A DNA stretch of 64,000 bases. Origin: Nitrospira sp. (GTDB taxonomy: Bacteria; Nitrospirota; Nitrospiria; Nitrospirales; Nitrospiraceae). The notes beneath the pieces were generated by a model, which saw nothing but the letters and a program-made list of their open reading frames with translations, was not told the DNA's origin and did no database searches. The translations under genes were made by a program, and so were the position numbers. The stretch is from contig JAURZE010000028.1 of NCBI GenBank assembly GCA_030653545.1, forward strand, positions 24,607 through 88,606. Direction: 5' to 3'. Below, piece after piece: positions 33,469-44,260 of this stretch (position 1 is the stretch's first letter; the number at the start of each line of letters is the position of its first letter).

Positions 33469-34305
33469 CTACGACTGATTCATCTCGACGAGGTATCGGC
33501 GAAGAATGGCTTGCTCCACTCGCGAGCGGCCCCGATCAGGAGCCGGGAACCGGAGCACCAACTGAATCTTCCCCGGCTCGGGGAGCTGAATGGTAATACG
33601 GGGCTCCGGCGAGGGAGCTTCCAAGAGATTGGCCTGTTCCAGCAGTTTCATCTGTCGCGCAGCTTCTTCCATAAACGGCCCACACTCGGCCTTCGCCGCA
33701 CCCAACAACGCCTGCTCAGCTCGCTGCCATTCACCCTCCGACCTCAAGGGCACGACAAGTGTATAGAGGCCATATTCCTGTCCCGGGTTTTCTTTGACGA
33801 GCGCATTCGTAAACAGAAGACTATTCGGAAACACCGTCACGCGGCCGGTATACAAATGTGCAGATTGGCCGGGGCCGATCTCCAACAATTTTGTGGCGAA
33901 CAGATCGTGATCCAGCACTACCCCCCGGTGTCCGGCAATCTGAATGCGGTCACCAACGCCGTACACCTTGCCGCCCACACGTAACGCCGCTCCGCTCAAA
34001 CAGAGAATCAACTCCTTCGTCGCCAAGACCAACGCAGCCGCCAACGCGACAATCGAGACGGCGAAGGCCTCGAGCTCATGCGCCCAGATAACGACGAAGC
34101 CTATCAGGATGACGAAGACCATCGAGTTTCTGGTCGTCACGACCCAGCGACGCTTGTCCTCCATCGACAAGGCCTGGTTGCGCGAGATCCCCCGCACGAC
34201 CAACGTCCGGATCAGAATGACCGACACCAGCAGAATCAACGACTTGAGTCCATCCAAGACGACGGAACTATCAACAGTCATCCAGCCAAGCTGCATACCA
34301 GTCAT
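33469..34305 (-). CDS. Small-conductance mechanosensitive channel (MscS family)
   Basis: TM helices followed by VGDRIQIAGHRGVVLDHDLFATKLL...VTVFPNSLL. Confidence 0.8.
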   Translation of the reverse strand: MTGMQLGWMTVDSSVVLDGLKSLILLVSVILIRTLVVRGISRNQALSMEDKRRWVVTTRNSMVFVILIGFVVIWAHELEAFAVSIVALAAALVLATKELILCLSGAALRVGGKVYGVGDRIQIAGHRGVVLDHDLFATKLLEIGPGQSAHLYTGRVTVFPNSLLFTNALVKENPGQEYGLYTLVVPLRSEGEWQRAEQALLGAAKAECGPFMEEAARQMKLLEQANLLEAPSPEPRITIQLPEPGKIQLVLRFPAPDRGRSRVEQAILRRYLVEMNQS

Positions 34306-34386
34306 CCTCTGTCTTTTCTTCTGTACCGGTTAAGATTCAGGGCCATTCCTCCGATACAACTTGTGGGATTTTTGGGAAGGAGCCCC

Positions 34387-35934
34387 ATGTCATCGTCGTC
34401 CACATCGTCGGAGTCGGCCCTTGCCGAATCCCTTCGTCCCCGTCTGCACAGTACGTTGCAGCCACTCCTCAACCAGGCTAGCCCTTGCTTACCAGCCCTG
34501 GAGAAAACCTGCCAGAAAATTCTCAGTCTGGCCGGAGGACTCACCGGAGCCGATCGCCTCGCTCAGATTATCAGTCGTGATCCGGCCCTGTCCTGCCGGG
34601 TCCTGCAAATCTCAAATAGCATTGCCTACAGTCCGCAACAAGTCATTACCTCGATCCCCCACGCCGTCAGTTGGCTCGGGTTGGATACGGTCCGTTCCAT
34701 CGTCACCGCCTCCCAACTCGTAGAACAGCTCAATCAATGGCCGAATCAGCAACAGATCGTCAGCGGAGTTATCGCTCGGGCCCTCGTCGCAGCCGTGCAT
34801 GCCAATGAACTGGGCATGGCACTTGAGTATCCATCGTTGAGCCAGCTCTTTAGCGCCACCTTGCTCTATTCCATCGGTGACCTTGCCATCGCCAGTCAAG
34901 CTCAGGATCTCTATGTCTCGTACCGCAAAATCCCCCTGACAGCCAAGACGCCCGCGGCGCGCATCATCGAAGAAACGCAACTCTATGGAGTCCCCCGCCT
35001 CCGGATTGCGCAAGCTCTCGGGCAGATGTGGGCGCTGCCACCCTTTGTCGTGGAGTTATTTTCAATCGAAGGGCATCAGAGCCAGGAGCGGTGGGGTTCC
35101 AGTCAGGAGATGTTCAAGGGCCTCGTCATCGGCTGCTCTTCATTGATCGATGTCATGACTGGTCCCCCCTCCCCAGCCATCATGGAGGCCACCAAGCGGG
35201 GGCTCCTCACAGGGAGCGGTCTGCCATCTCACTTGTTCGGCGAAATCCTGGCGCGCGCACTGGATCGGGGCAAGCAATTGGTCCATTCCGCGGGCTTGTC
35301 GTTCGATCTCTGGGGAGACCCCGCGGAACCGGAAATCAGCTGCCCGATTCCCGTAGCCCCTCCGGTGGAAATTCCCGCCGTCACGGCGGCGCCACAGAAA
35401 CGCGGGCCGAGTGCGATTGAGACGAATCCGCTCGAGACGCTGCAATTGCTGCAAACCGCCTTGCGCGAGGCGAAAGATATCAACACGCTCCTGAGCACGC
35501 TGGTGCATGCCCTGCACCGGGACGGCGGCTTTGCCCGGGTGGCCCTGGCGTTGCTGAACCCGAACAATACTGATCATCTGGTGGGGCGCTTGCTACTCGG
35601 AGTGGAAGAATCGGCTCCCTATATCGCCAGTCTGTCCGGCTCGCTGACGAAGGAGCATCCGCACTTTTTACAGCTCATGAAGCGATCCGATGCCGTGTGG
35701 ATCGAGGATTTCACCGTCCCTCTCGGGGACCCCATCAATCCCAAATTTCTCCGAACGTGGAACCCCGGATCGGCCATCGTCGCACCCCTCCGAGTCGGAA
35801 CCCGACCCATCGGCATGCTGTATTGCGACAACGGCCCACTCCCCCGGCAGGTGCAGCAAAAGGACTACCACGCCTTCCAGCTGTTCTTTGGCCAGACGAC
35901 ACTGAGTATCAATCGATTGGCGGGAGTCCTCTAG
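34387..35934 (+). CDS. HDOD domain - GAF domain signalling protein
   Basis: ATG 34387. HDOD region (LAQIISRDPALSCRVLQISNSIAYS...) and a C-terminal GAF-like region (FARVALALLNPN...GMLYCDN). Confidence 0.7.
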   Translation: MSSSSTSSESALAESLRPRLHSTLQPLLNQASPCLPALEKTCQKILSLAGGLTGADRLAQIISRDPALSCRVLQISNSIAYSPQQVITSIPHAVSWLGLDTVRSIVTASQLVEQLNQWPNQQQIVSGVIARALVAAVHANELGMALEYPSLSQLFSATLLYSIGDLAIASQAQDLYVSYRKIPLTAKTPAARIIEETQLYGVPRLRIAQALGQMWALPPFVVELFSIEGHQSQERWGSSQEMFKGLVIGCSSLIDVMTGPPSPAIMEATKRGLLTGSGLPSHLFGEILARALDRGKQLVHSAGLSFDLWGDPAEPEISCPIPVAPPVEIPAVTAAPQKRGPSAIETNPLETLQLLQTALREAKDINTLLSTLVHALHRDGGFARVALALLNPNNTDHLVGRLLLGVEESAPYIASLSGSLTKEHPHFLQLMKRSDAVWIEDFTVPLGDPINPKFLRTWNPGSAIVAPLRVGTRPIGMLYCDNGPLPRQVQQKDYHAFQLFFGQTTLSINRLAGVL

Positions 35935-35956
35935 TCCGTGGCGCCGCCCCACACGG

Positions 35957-36388
35957 TTATTGCGCCATCAGAGTTTCGCGGGTGCCTGGCACGCACTCCT
36001 CACGCTTCCAGGACTTGAGGACTTTCTGCTCGTTGAACGTCAGCGTATACCGATAACAATACAATGTCGGTTTCGGCCCCTCTCCCGGCTTTCCCAAGAG
36101 CGCACCGACCGATTCGCCCGCGCCGCTGATCCCAGGGGAGGTGATCGACTCCAACTCTTTGTCGCCCATCGGGACCCGGTACGTCCAGGTACTGTCCCCT
36201 CCCAACGCCGGCGTCTTGGTGGTATGGGGATTGCCCAACCTCTCACGAACATCGTCCTGGGCCAGTCGATCCACGCCCTTCTTGAAATAGGTGTCACGCC
36301 AGGGCCCGCCGCACGCGGTACACGTGAGAACGAGGGCCATGACAAGCCCCCAGATAGCGGTGCGAAGAGCTGACCGGTAACGCATCAT
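35957..36388 (-). CDS. Lipoprotein (unknown)
   Basis: MMRYRSALRTAIWGLVMALVLTCTAC lipobox-like signal. ATGA overlap with the upstream gene. Confidence 0.5.
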   Translation of the reverse strand: MMRYRSALRTAIWGLVMALVLTCTACGGPWRDTYFKKGVDRLAQDDVRERLGNPHTTKTPALGGDSTWTYRVPMGDKELESITSPGISGAGESVGALLGKPGEGPKPTLYCYRYTLTFNEQKVLKSWKREECVPGTRETLMAQ

Positions 36389-36621
36389 GATTGGGAATTC
36401 AGTTGCTGCATGCGTTTGATCGAGCAGTAGAGGGCATAGCCTTGCGCCAGCATGCCGGTGGTGAGGAGGCCCAGCGCCGTGTGCAGCCAATGGGAGGCGG
36501 GATCGTCGAGTCCGTGCATACCAAATACAAATCCGAGGGCAATGGCCACGATACCGACCGCTCGTGCGATCATGCCCTGCATTCGCCAATTGATCTCTGT
36601 CTTATGTCTCTGCACCGTCAT
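36385..36621 (-). CDS. Small two-TM membrane protein (unknown)
   Basis: Two hydrophobic helices. Its stop overlaps the next start. Confidence 0.45.
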   Translation of the reverse strand: MTVQRHKTEINWRMQGMIARAVGIVAIALGFVFGMHGLDDPASHWLHTALGLLTTGMLAQGYALYCSIKRMQQLNSQS

Positions 36622-36653
36622 ACGAGTACGCTACACTGGACAGGAACCGGACT

Positions 36654-37343
36654 TCAACTCCGCCGTTGCTTGATCGCCGACAGCCGTTTCTCCAACAGCG
36701 TCGCGTCGGCGTCGCGATGCAATTTCTGCAAGACGCCGATGAGCTCGCCCAGGCTCTTTTCCACATCCCGGTGTGTCTCTCCAAGCGCCTTCTCCCGAAT
36801 GGCCAACGCGCGCCGATAGAGCGGTTCGGCCTTCTCCAGAACCCCTTGCGACACATAGACCAGTCCCAGGTTGTGCAGGGTAAGGGCGACATCGGGATGG
36901 TCCGGACCATGGAGACGCTCTTTGATCGCGAGCGCCCGCATGAGTAATGGTTCCGCCTCCGCATATTGTCCGTGCATCCGATGCAAGACGCCGAGGTTAT
37001 TCAACGTCGCCGCCACATCGACATGATTCTCTCCATGCGCATCCTGGTAAATCTTCAAGGCCTGAAGATAGGCCGGTTCCGCTTCCACATACTTGCCCTG
37101 CGCCGTGAAGGCTTGCGCCTCACTCGACAGCGCGACGGCCACATGCCGATCCAAGAGTCCATACTGAGACTCGGCTTTTTTCACGGCCGCGGCAAAGATA
37201 TGCTCCGCCTCAGGGTAATCCCCCTTCTGGAGCGCGCGCTGCCCCGCCGCCATCGCCGACTCCCAGGTTTGTTGCTCGCAGGAACTCGCCAAGGCCATCG
37301 CAAGCACCAGCGTGACAACGCGTAGTGAGACTCGAAGACTCAT
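36654..37343 (-). CDS. TPR-repeat lipoprotein
   Basis: Lipobox LASSC, with repeated A-x-x-Y-x-x-A-L TPR units. Confidence 0.75.
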   Translation of the reverse strand: MSLRVSLRVVTLVLAMALASSCEQQTWESAMAAGQRALQKGDYPEAEHIFAAAVKKAESQYGLLDRHVAVALSSEAQAFTAQGKYVEAEPAYLQALKIYQDAHGENHVDVAATLNNLGVLHRMHGQYAEAEPLLMRALAIKERLHGPDHPDVALTLHNLGLVYVSQGVLEKAEPLYRRALAIREKALGETHRDVEKSLGELIGVLQKLHRDADATLLEKRLSAIKQRRS

Positions 37344-38731
37344 GACCGTCGCATCTGCTCAACAATGGATTCGGCCGGATAGGTCACGATCTCGGCCAGC
37401 GTCGGATGGTAGTGCGGGATTCGAAGAAGGTCCTGTACGGTCCCGTGATAGTACATCACCGCAATCAGCTCATGAATCAGCTCCCCGGATTCCGGCCCGA
37501 CAATCTCGGCACCCAGGACAGTCCCGCTTGCGCGGTCTGCCATCAATTTCACAAACCCTTGTGTGCTCCCGAGACACATGGCCTTTCCATGGTCGGCAAA
37601 CGGATAGGTCCCGGTGAGGCAGGAGAGGCCGCGAGCACGGCAGGATTTCTCCGTCAGACCCACCGCAGCAACTTGCGGCTCGGTAAAGATGACTTCCGCC
37701 ACTAACCGATCGTCGAAACGTCTGGGAGAATCGGACGGATGGCAGGCATTCCACCCCGCCAACTCCCCCTGTTGAATGGCGATGTGCACAACATCATAGA
37801 GATTCGTGACGTCCCCGACGGCAAAGATGTGGGGCTGCGATGTCCGCATTCCGTCATCCACGACCACACGACCGGCATCGACCGTCACGTGGGCCGCCGA
37901 CAGATTCAGCCCGGCGATGTTCGGGACCCGGCCAAGCGCGTTGAGCACCAGATCGCCAACCAGGACCTCTTCCTCCCCTTTGTGCAGGACAGACACCGCC
38001 ATCTTCTTTCCGTCTCTCTGTACACGGAGCGCCTGCGTGTCGGTCATGACACGAAGGCCTTCGGCGGCGAGTGCCTGTCCGAGTGCAACCCCGACGTCGG
38101 CATCAAGACGGGACAGGACATGAGATGCCCGCAGCACGAGGGTGACCCGTGTGCCGATCCGCGCAAAGAACTGGGCAAACTCTAATCCGACGGGTCCGGC
38201 CCCCAGTACGATGAGCGATTCCGGCTGCTCCCGTCGATCCAGCAGACTGTCGCTGGTGACACAACCCGCATCCGTCAGACCCGGAATCGCCACCTCGCGC
38301 GGAACCGATCCGGTGGCAATGATAAAGGATTTCGCGGCCAGACTCGTCGAACCGACCTGCAGCCGATAGGGTGAAAGAAAAGTCGCCGGCGCTTCGTAGA
38401 GCGCAAAGGCCGGATCGCGCAATTGCTGAATCCGGTAGTCGGCGAACTCACGGACCAAGCGGTTCTTTCGATCGACAATGGCCGAGAGGCTGGCGCGTAC
38501 CTCGACCGGCGATAGGCCGAATTCAGGGGCTCGCCGCATCACCGCGGCAATCTCAGCCGATCGCAAGATGGTCTTCGTCGGCATGCAGCCCCGCAGAATG
38601 CAGAGTCCCCCGAGCGGGCCCTGATCAACGATCGCCACGTCTGCTCCTGCCTCACGGGCCGTCCGTGCCGCCGCATAACCGGCTGAACCGCCGCCGATCA
38701 CGATCACGTCATGTGTCCGTTGAGTTGTCAT
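37340..38731 (-). CDS. Class I pyridine nucleotide-disulfide oxidoreductase (dihydrolipoyl dehydrogenase / mercuric reductase-like)
   Basis: Start MTTQRTHDVIVIGGGSAGYAAA, redox CILRGC, second Rossmann LIVLGAGPVGLE, and a dimerisation domain with HPTLAE. Confidence 0.85.
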   Translation of the reverse strand: MTTQRTHDVIVIGGGSAGYAAARTAREAGADVAIVDQGPLGGLCILRGCMPTKTILRSAEIAAVMRRAPEFGLSPVEVRASLSAIVDRKNRLVREFADYRIQQLRDPAFALYEAPATFLSPYRLQVGSTSLAAKSFIIATGSVPREVAIPGLTDAGCVTSDSLLDRREQPESLIVLGAGPVGLEFAQFFARIGTRVTLVLRASHVLSRLDADVGVALGQALAAEGLRVMTDTQALRVQRDGKKMAVSVLHKGEEEVLVGDLVLNALGRVPNIAGLNLSAAHVTVDAGRVVVDDGMRTSQPHIFAVGDVTNLYDVVHIAIQQGELAGWNACHPSDSPRRFDDRLVAEVIFTEPQVAAVGLTEKSCRARGLSCLTGTYPFADHGKAMCLGSTQGFVKLMADRASGTVLGAEIVGPESGELIHELIAVMYYHGTVQDLLRIPHYHPTLAEIVTYPAESIVEQMRRS

Positions 38732-38770
38732 ACACCTTCCCTTTATAGTCGATCCACGAAAGGATACACC

Positions 38771-39001
38771 ATGATCCAACCAGGCCGCTATCGACACTAC
38801 AAGGGAAACGACTACGAAGTCGTGGGTGTGGCAAAACACTCCGAAACGGAAGAGGAGGTCGTCGTCTACCGCGCGCTCTATGGGAAAAAGGGGCTCTGGG
38901 TGAGACCGCTGGTCATGTTTCTTGACACCGTGGTGGTCGAGGGTCGACCGCAACCCCGTTTCCAATTCGTGGCGGAATGCCCCATTCCACCCAAAGCCTA
39001 A
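38771..39001 (+). CDS. DUF1653-family small protein
   Basis: GRYRHYKGNDYEVVGVAKHSETEEEVVVYRALYG...WVRPLVMF. Confidence 0.65.
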   Translation: MIQPGRYRHYKGNDYEVVGVAKHSETEEEVVVYRALYGKKGLWVRPLVMFLDTVVVEGRPQPRFQFVAECPIPPKA

Positions 39002-39103
39002 CCCCCCAGCTCCACCTCGATCCTCATCCTCCTCAACTATTCAGCTTTCTCCGCTTAAGTATTTCCCGCAGTCCACCGATACTACGGGCGAGGAGAGACT
39101 TCC

Positions 39104-39718
39104 ATGGCAGTCGTCCAAGCCATCACTGGAATTGCCGAAAACTATCCGGTCAAACCGGTGACGCCCCGAGCTCCGCTGGTCGACGCCGTGGATAGCCAGG
39201 CCGGCGAGGATCCCCGCCACCCGGCCGGGGATCGAACGAAGTTGGCGGCGCAGCAGGCCTATCAAGAACAGACCAAGCAGACGCGGCCTCCAAAGCCGGC
39301 CATTCTGGCCAGAGACTTGATGACGACCCCGGTCATCACCTTGCCCTCCGACGCCACCCTTGTTGAAGCGTGGACCTTGATGACACGCCGATCCTTCCGC
39401 CATCTGCCGATTTCCTCAGTCCATGGCACGCTGGTTGGAATGGTCTCGGACAGGGATCTGATCCGCCACGCTCCCGATCTCGTCATTGCCGGAGTGCAGA
39501 GCACCGCGGCCCATCGACGGTTGGCAGAAATCATGAGCCCTCGCGTGCTTTCCGCGGCACCCACGACCGACATTCGGGAAATCGCCCGGGTCATGATGGA
39601 CGAGCGGGTCGGGGCATTGCCGATCCTCGATGCCAATCGGCAGCCGATCGGCATCATCTCCAAGCAGGACTTGCTCCGCGGTCTGGCCAACCACGGCCCC
39701 ATCGAACTCTGGACCTAG
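39104..39718 (+). CDS. CBS-pair domain protein
   Basis: Two CBS units (ARDLMTTPVITL...LPISS..GTLVGMVSDRDL and EIMSPRVLSA...LPILD...IGIISKQDLL). Confidence 0.8.
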   Translation: MAVVQAITGIAENYPVKPVTPRAPLVDAVDSQAGEDPRHPAGDRTKLAAQQAYQEQTKQTRPPKPAILARDLMTTPVITLPSDATLVEAWTLMTRRSFRHLPISSVHGTLVGMVSDRDLIRHAPDLVIAGVQSTAAHRRLAEIMSPRVLSAAPTTDIREIARVMMDERVGALPILDANRQPIGIISKQDLLRGLANHGPIELWT

Positions 39719-39804
39719 CCGCGCATTCCGTTCCGTTCCCCTCCCACCGCGCGCATCACGTCACCGCCGATGCGATTCCCGGGAATCGGTCCAGCTGAGC
39801 CACA

Positions 39805-40275
39805 CTATTCCATCATTGTCCAACGAGCGAATGTGGCGGCCTGGCCCGCTCGAATCCCCCGATCATCGACGACATTCCACACGGTGACGTCTTTGACCAG
39901 GAACCGCTTACCAGTAGAAGAGATTCTGATTCCACGATAGCCGGAATAATATCCCTGCCGCTCAGCCGACGCCAACATGCGGGCGCGCTCATCGCGGTTC
40001 ATGGCCTCCGCGGTGAGGCGAGAGGGCGTGCTCGTCAATTGTGCCCACGACAACTCCCACAGATCGAGAGCCTGCTGGTTGCCGTAATTCAACATCGGAT
40101 CGGTCTGTGTGTCATGCGATACCACCACGAAGGGCGCGGCAAATAGCGCTTGCGCCTGCGCGTCTGAGGTGCCGGTTCGGATCAGCAAGTCCCGCCCGGT
40201 CCAGCGCCGAAAGCTATCCAAGAGCAGCTGTGACCATGTAACCAAAAAGCGGTGGGACACGTCATCGGTCGACAT
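39805..40275 (-). CDS. MEKHLA-domain (PAS-like) protein
   Basis: PFVVVSHDTQTDPMLNYGNQQALDLWELSW...PSRLTAE...RISSTGKRFLVKDVTVWNV matches my recollection of bacterial MEKHLA proteins. Confidence 0.65.
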   Translation of the reverse strand: MSTDDVSHRFLVTWSQLLLDSFRRWTGRDLLIRTGTSDAQAQALFAAPFVVVSHDTQTDPMLNYGNQQALDLWELSWAQLTSTPSRLTAEAMNRDERARMLASAERQGYYSGYRGIRISSTGKRFLVKDVTVWNVVDDRGIRAGQAATFARWTMME

Positions 40276-40319
40276 GCCATGCTGCTATCACGTCTGAACG
40301 GGCAAGACAAGCGAGGGAA

Positions 40320-40535
40320 TTAGGGCTTGGCGGAATTGGCCTTGCGGGGGGTCGGTTTCGGGAGCAAGCGGTATTCGACGAGCCGACAGCTACAGAATGC
40401 CACTTGCCGGGTATCGGTTGTCACCCGCACGATGATGGAATGGCAGAACACACAGCCCAACGAGCGGGTATCCCGGGCAATGGTCCAGCGAGGGATCGAG
40501 ATATGATCGGGATTGAGTGTGTGGTCGCTCATCAT
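40320..40535 (-). CDS. Possible small Cys-containing protein
   Basis: 71-aa ORF with CxxC...CxC, a weak RBS and no recognisable family. Confidence 0.25.
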   Translation of the reverse strand: MMSDHTLNPDHISIPRWTIARDTRSLGCVFCHSIIVRVTTDTRQVAFCSCRLVEYRLLPKPTPRKANSAKP

Positions 40536-40668
40536 AATCCGTATCGGCAGTCCTGGAAAATTCTGAAGTCTACCGATGTCATGCGCCCCTCCCTGGCATG
40601 CCGCCTGAGCCCTATGTATAATGACGGTCCTTTACATTCCACTGGTACCGGTTAGTGAGGAGCACGTC

Positions 40669-42072
40669 ATGGCAGGCAAGACACTATTCGATAAGATTTG
40701 GGACACGCATCTCGTACGGGAGGAACCGGACGGGACGACACTGTTGTATATCGATCGGCAGCTGGTCCATGAAGTCACCTCGCCGCAGGCCTTCGAAGGG
40801 TTAAAGCTCTCCGGTCGCCGTCCGCGACGCCCAGCCGCGACGCTCGCGGTCCCGGACCACAATGTCCCGACGACGGATCGCCGGCTCGGTATTGCCGATG
40901 CCATCAGCGCCAAACAAATCCAGACACTGGAAGACAACTGCCGGGACTTCAATATTACGTTGTTCGGGATGAACGACATCCGTCAGGGGGTCGTCCACGT
41001 CATCGGCCCGGAACAAGGATTTACGCTCCCCGGCACGACGATCGTCTGCGGCGATTCGCACACCTCCACCCACGGCGCGTTCGGCGCTCTGGCCTTCGGC
41101 ATCGGCACCAGCGAAGTCGAGCATGTGCTGGCGACGCAATGCCTGGTTCAGAAGCGGCCTAAGACGATGGAGATCCGCGTCGACGGCGTCCTCTCAGATC
41201 GCTGCTCTGCCAAGGACATCATTCTCGCCATCATCGGCAAGATCGGCACGGCCGGCGGGACCGGGTATGTCATCGAATATACGGGATCAGCCATTCGCGC
41301 CTTGAGCATGGAAGGCCGTATGACCCTGTGCAACATGTCGATCGAGGGCGGAGCCCGCGCCGGCATGGTCGCTCCGGATGAAAAGACCACCGCCTATATT
41401 CAAGGGCGTCCCTTGGCCCCGAAGGACGCGCTGTTCGAACAGGCCGTGCGGGCATGGGAACAATTGAAGACGGATCCCGACGCGACGTACGACGCCACGC
41501 TGGTCATGCGCGCCGAGGACATTGCCCCGCAAGTCAGCTGGGGAACCAGCCCCGGGATGGTGCTCGGAGTGGATCAGCGGGTCCCGGACCCAGCCACGAT
41601 GACCGACGACAATACCCGCAAGGCCACCGAGCGCGCGCTGGAATACATGGGACTCGCCGCGAACATGCCGATCGCGGACATCAGAATCGACAAGGTATTT
41701 ATCGGGTCCTGCACGAATTCGCGCATTGAAGACTTGCGTCTCGCCGCGTCGCTGGCCAAAGGCAAGCAGGTCGCCAAGTCGGTGCATGCGATGGTGGTGC
41801 CCGGCTCCGGTCTCGTGAAGCAGCAGGCGGAGCAGGAAGGACTCGACAAGATTTTCCGCGAAGCGGGGTTCGAGTGGCGGGAGGCCGGATGCAGCATGTG
41901 CCTGGCGATGAACGCCGATGTGCTCAAGCCGGGGGAACGCTGCGCCTCAACCAGTAATCGAAATTTCGAAGGGCGACAGGGAGCAGGCGGACGCACGCAC
42001 CTGGTATCCCCGGCCATGGCCGTCGCCGCCGCCGTCGAGGGACACTTTATCGATATTCGTCATTGGAGTTAG
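40669..42072 (+). CDS. leuC: 3-isopropylmalate dehydratase large subunit
   Basis: [16 protein letters not shown]...VCGDSHT...[12 protein letters not shown]...[17 protein letters not shown]-like hexamer lies at 40617-40622. Confidence 0.95.
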   Translation: MAGKTLFDKIWDTHLVREEPDGTTLLYIDRQLVHEVTSPQAFEGLKLSGRRPRRPAATLAVPDHNVPTTDRRLGIADAISAKQIQTLEDNCRDFNITLFGMNDIRQGVVHVIGPEQGFTLPGTTIVCGDSHTSTHGAFGALAFGIGTSEVEHVLATQCLVQKRPKTMEIRVDGVLSDRCSAKDIILAIIGKIGTAGGTGYVIEYTGSAIRALSMEGRMTLCNMSIEGGARAGMVAPDEKTTAYIQGRPLAPKDALFEQAVRAWEQLKTDPDATYDATLVMRAEDIAPQVSWGTSPGMVLGVDQRVPDPATMTDDNTRKATERALEYMGLAANMPIADIRIDKVFIGSCTNSRIEDLRLAASLAKGKQVAKSVHAMVVPGSGLVKQQAEQEGLDKIFREAGFEWREAGCSMCLAMNADVLKPGERCASTSNRNFEGRQGAGGRTHLVSPAMAVAAAVEGHFIDIRHWS

Positions 42073-42080
42073 AGGACATC

Positions 42081-42704
42081 ATGCAAGCCTTTACCACGCT
42101 CACCGGCTTAGTCGCCCCCTTGGACCGGGTCAACGTCGACACGGACCAGATCATTCCGAAGCAGTACTTGAAGACGATCAAGCGCACGGGGCTGCGCGAG
42201 GGATTGTTCTTCGACTGGAAGAAGCAGAAGGACGGGTCGCCGGATCCACAGTTTTTCCTGAACCAAGCCCGCTACCAAGGCGCCACGATTCTATTGACCC
42301 GCGACAACTTCGGCTGCGGCTCGTCCCGCGAACACGCCCCCTGGGCCCTGCTCGATCAGGGATTCCGTTGCGTGATTGCGCCGAGCTTCGCGGACATCTT
42401 CTACAATAATTGTTTTCAAAACGGCATCCTGCCCGTCGTCCTCACGGCCGACGAGGTCCTGGCGATGATGCACGAGGTCCTGGCCGCGCCCGGCTACCAG
42501 TTGACGGTGGATCTCGGCAAGCAAACCGTCACCACGCCAACCGGCAAGATCTGCACATTTGCGATTGATCCGTTCCGCAAAGACTGTTTGTATCGCGGGC
42601 TGGATTCGATCGGCCTGACGCTGCAACACGAGTCCGCCATTTCCGCCTACGAACAAAAGCGGAAAACCGAAGCGCCCTGGCTGTTCGCCGATATTCCGTC
42701 ATGA
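42081..42704 (+). CDS. leuD: 3-isopropylmalate dehydratase small subunit
   Basis: [15 protein letters not shown]...[15 protein letters not shown]. Confidence 0.95.
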   Translation: MQAFTTLTGLVAPLDRVNVDTDQIIPKQYLKTIKRTGLREGLFFDWKKQKDGSPDPQFFLNQARYQGATILLTRDNFGCGSSREHAPWALLDQGFRCVIAPSFADIFYNNCFQNGILPVVLTADEVLAMMHEVLAAPGYQLTVDLGKQTVTTPTGKICTFAIDPFRKDCLYRGLDSIGLTLQHESAISAYEQKRKTEAPWLFADIPS

Positions 42705-42720
42705 ACTGAGGACCTAGCCC

Positions 42721-43077
42721 ATGAAGTTCTTGCGTCCCACATTCCTGCTGACCATCGTCCTCTTTCTCGGTGCAGCCTATCTCCTCATCGCCTTCAACCT
42801 GAGTTACTCCGACGGGAGTCGAGCGGGTTATATTCAGAAATTCTCTCAAAAGGGATGGGTCTGCAAAACGTATGAGGGCGAGCTGGCCATGACGACGGTG
42901 CCGGGCGTCGCTCCGGTACTTTGGAGCTTCACCGTCCGAGACGAACGGGTCGCCGCCGAGCTCGAGAAAGTGCTGGGCAAGCGCGTGATCTTCCACTACA
43001 AGGAATACCGCTACCTCCCCACGACCTGCTTCGGAGAGACCGACTATTTTGTGGATCGGGTCGAAATCCAGGAGTAG
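42721..43077 (+). CDS. Membrane-anchored hypothetical protein
   Basis: N-terminal TM helix. It sits 16 nt after leuD. No family recognised. Confidence 0.5.
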   Translation: MKFLRPTFLLTIVLFLGAAYLLIAFNLSYSDGSRAGYIQKFSQKGWVCKTYEGELAMTTVPGVAPVLWSFTVRDERVAAELEKVLGKRVIFHYKEYRYLPTTCFGETDYFVDRVEIQE

Positions 43078-43113
43078 GCAGCGACCCGCAAACAGGCTGC
43101 TTCAACGGCTCTG

Positions 43114-44169
43114 CTAGAGCCAGCGCCGTTGGCGGAACGCCATCAGCATCCCCGCGGCAATAAGCCCCATCGCTCCCAGCACCGCCGGATAACCCCACTC
43201 CGATTTCAGCTCCGGCATGTGCTCGAAGTTCATACCGTAAATGCTCGCGATAAAGCTCAGCGGCATGAAGATCGTTGTGATGACGGTCAACACACGCATG
43301 ACCGAATTGAGACGGTAACTGACGCTGGACAAGTAAATATCGAGGCTGGCCGAGACCATCTCGCGCAAGGTTTCGATCGTATCGACAATCTGCACGACAT
43401 GATCATACACATCCCTGAAGAAGACCTTGGTCGGTTCATGCAGATAGGGGCAATCGGAACGGGAGAGGCCGTTCGTCGCTTCCCGCAGCGGCCACACCGC
43501 CCGGCGAAGGAAGAGCAGCTGTCGTTTGAGGGCGTGAACTTCCCTCAGCGTGTCCGGCCTCGGATCCGCCACTACTTTCTCTTGCAATAATTCAATTTTT
43601 TCGCCCAGAGATTCGAGGACCAGAAAGTACTGGTCGACGATCGCATCCACCAAGGCATACAGCAGATAGTCGGCGCCGCCCTGCCGCAGACGGCCCTTGC
43701 CCCCGCGCAACCGTTCCCGCACCGGCTTGAAGACGTCGGTCCCGTTCTCCTGAAATGACAAGACGAAATTCCGTCCGATGACGAAACTCACCTGCTCGAC
43801 CAGTAAATCGTGCGTCTCCGTGACGGACAACACCTTCATGACCAGAAACAGGTAAGACTCATAATCATCCAGCTTCGGACGTTGATCGGTGTTGGCAATG
43901 TCTTCAAGCAGCAGGGGATGGAGCGAGAATTGTTTTCCGAAGGCTTCGACCAGGTCGAGTTTATGAACCCCGCCGATATCCACCCAGGTGACGGACTCAT
44001 CGGCGGGCGGCTGCAACTCTTCCGGATCGGTCACAATCCGCTCATCGCAGCGCGCGCCGGCATAATCGAAGACCGTCATGGTCACCGTGTCGGATTTTTT
44101 TTCACCGATGTGGACCAACGTCCCCGGCGGCAACCCGGTTTTCTTCGAACGTTTTTGGACCAGTTTCAT
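43114..44169 (-). CDS. corA: CorA magnesium/cobalt transporter
   Basis: C-terminal YGMNFEHMPEL (GMN motif) between two TM helices. Start at MKLVQKRSKK. Confidence 0.9.
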   Translation of the reverse strand: MKLVQKRSKKTGLPPGTLVHIGEKKSDTVTMTVFDYAGARCDERIVTDPEELQPPADESVTWVDIGGVHKLDLVEAFGKQFSLHPLLLEDIANTDQRPKLDDYESYLFLVMKVLSVTETHDLLVEQVSFVIGRNFVLSFQENGTDVFKPVRERLRGGKGRLRQGGADYLLYALVDAIVDQYFLVLESLGEKIELLQEKVVADPRPDTLREVHALKRQLLFLRRAVWPLREATNGLSRSDCPYLHEPTKVFFRDVYDHVVQIVDTIETLREMVSASLDIYLSSVSYRLNSVMRVLTVITTIFMPLSFIASIYGMNFEHMPELKSEWGYPAVLGAMGLIAAGMLMAFRQRRWL

Positions 44170-44260
44170 AGGTGCCCTGCTTGTACGCAGATTCTCCCGG
44201 GAGGTCAAGCGATGGAATGAGCCGGCTTCCAATCTCAGCGCGACCTTGCTACTCTGCACT

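Noticed and set aside
44097-44104. A8/T8 homopolymers in corA (44097-44104) and msrA (49716-49723) as phase-variation tracts
   Set aside because: They encode Lys-Lys in mid-gene housekeeping contexts. A/T runs of 8 are not unusual, and there is no reason to expect switching.
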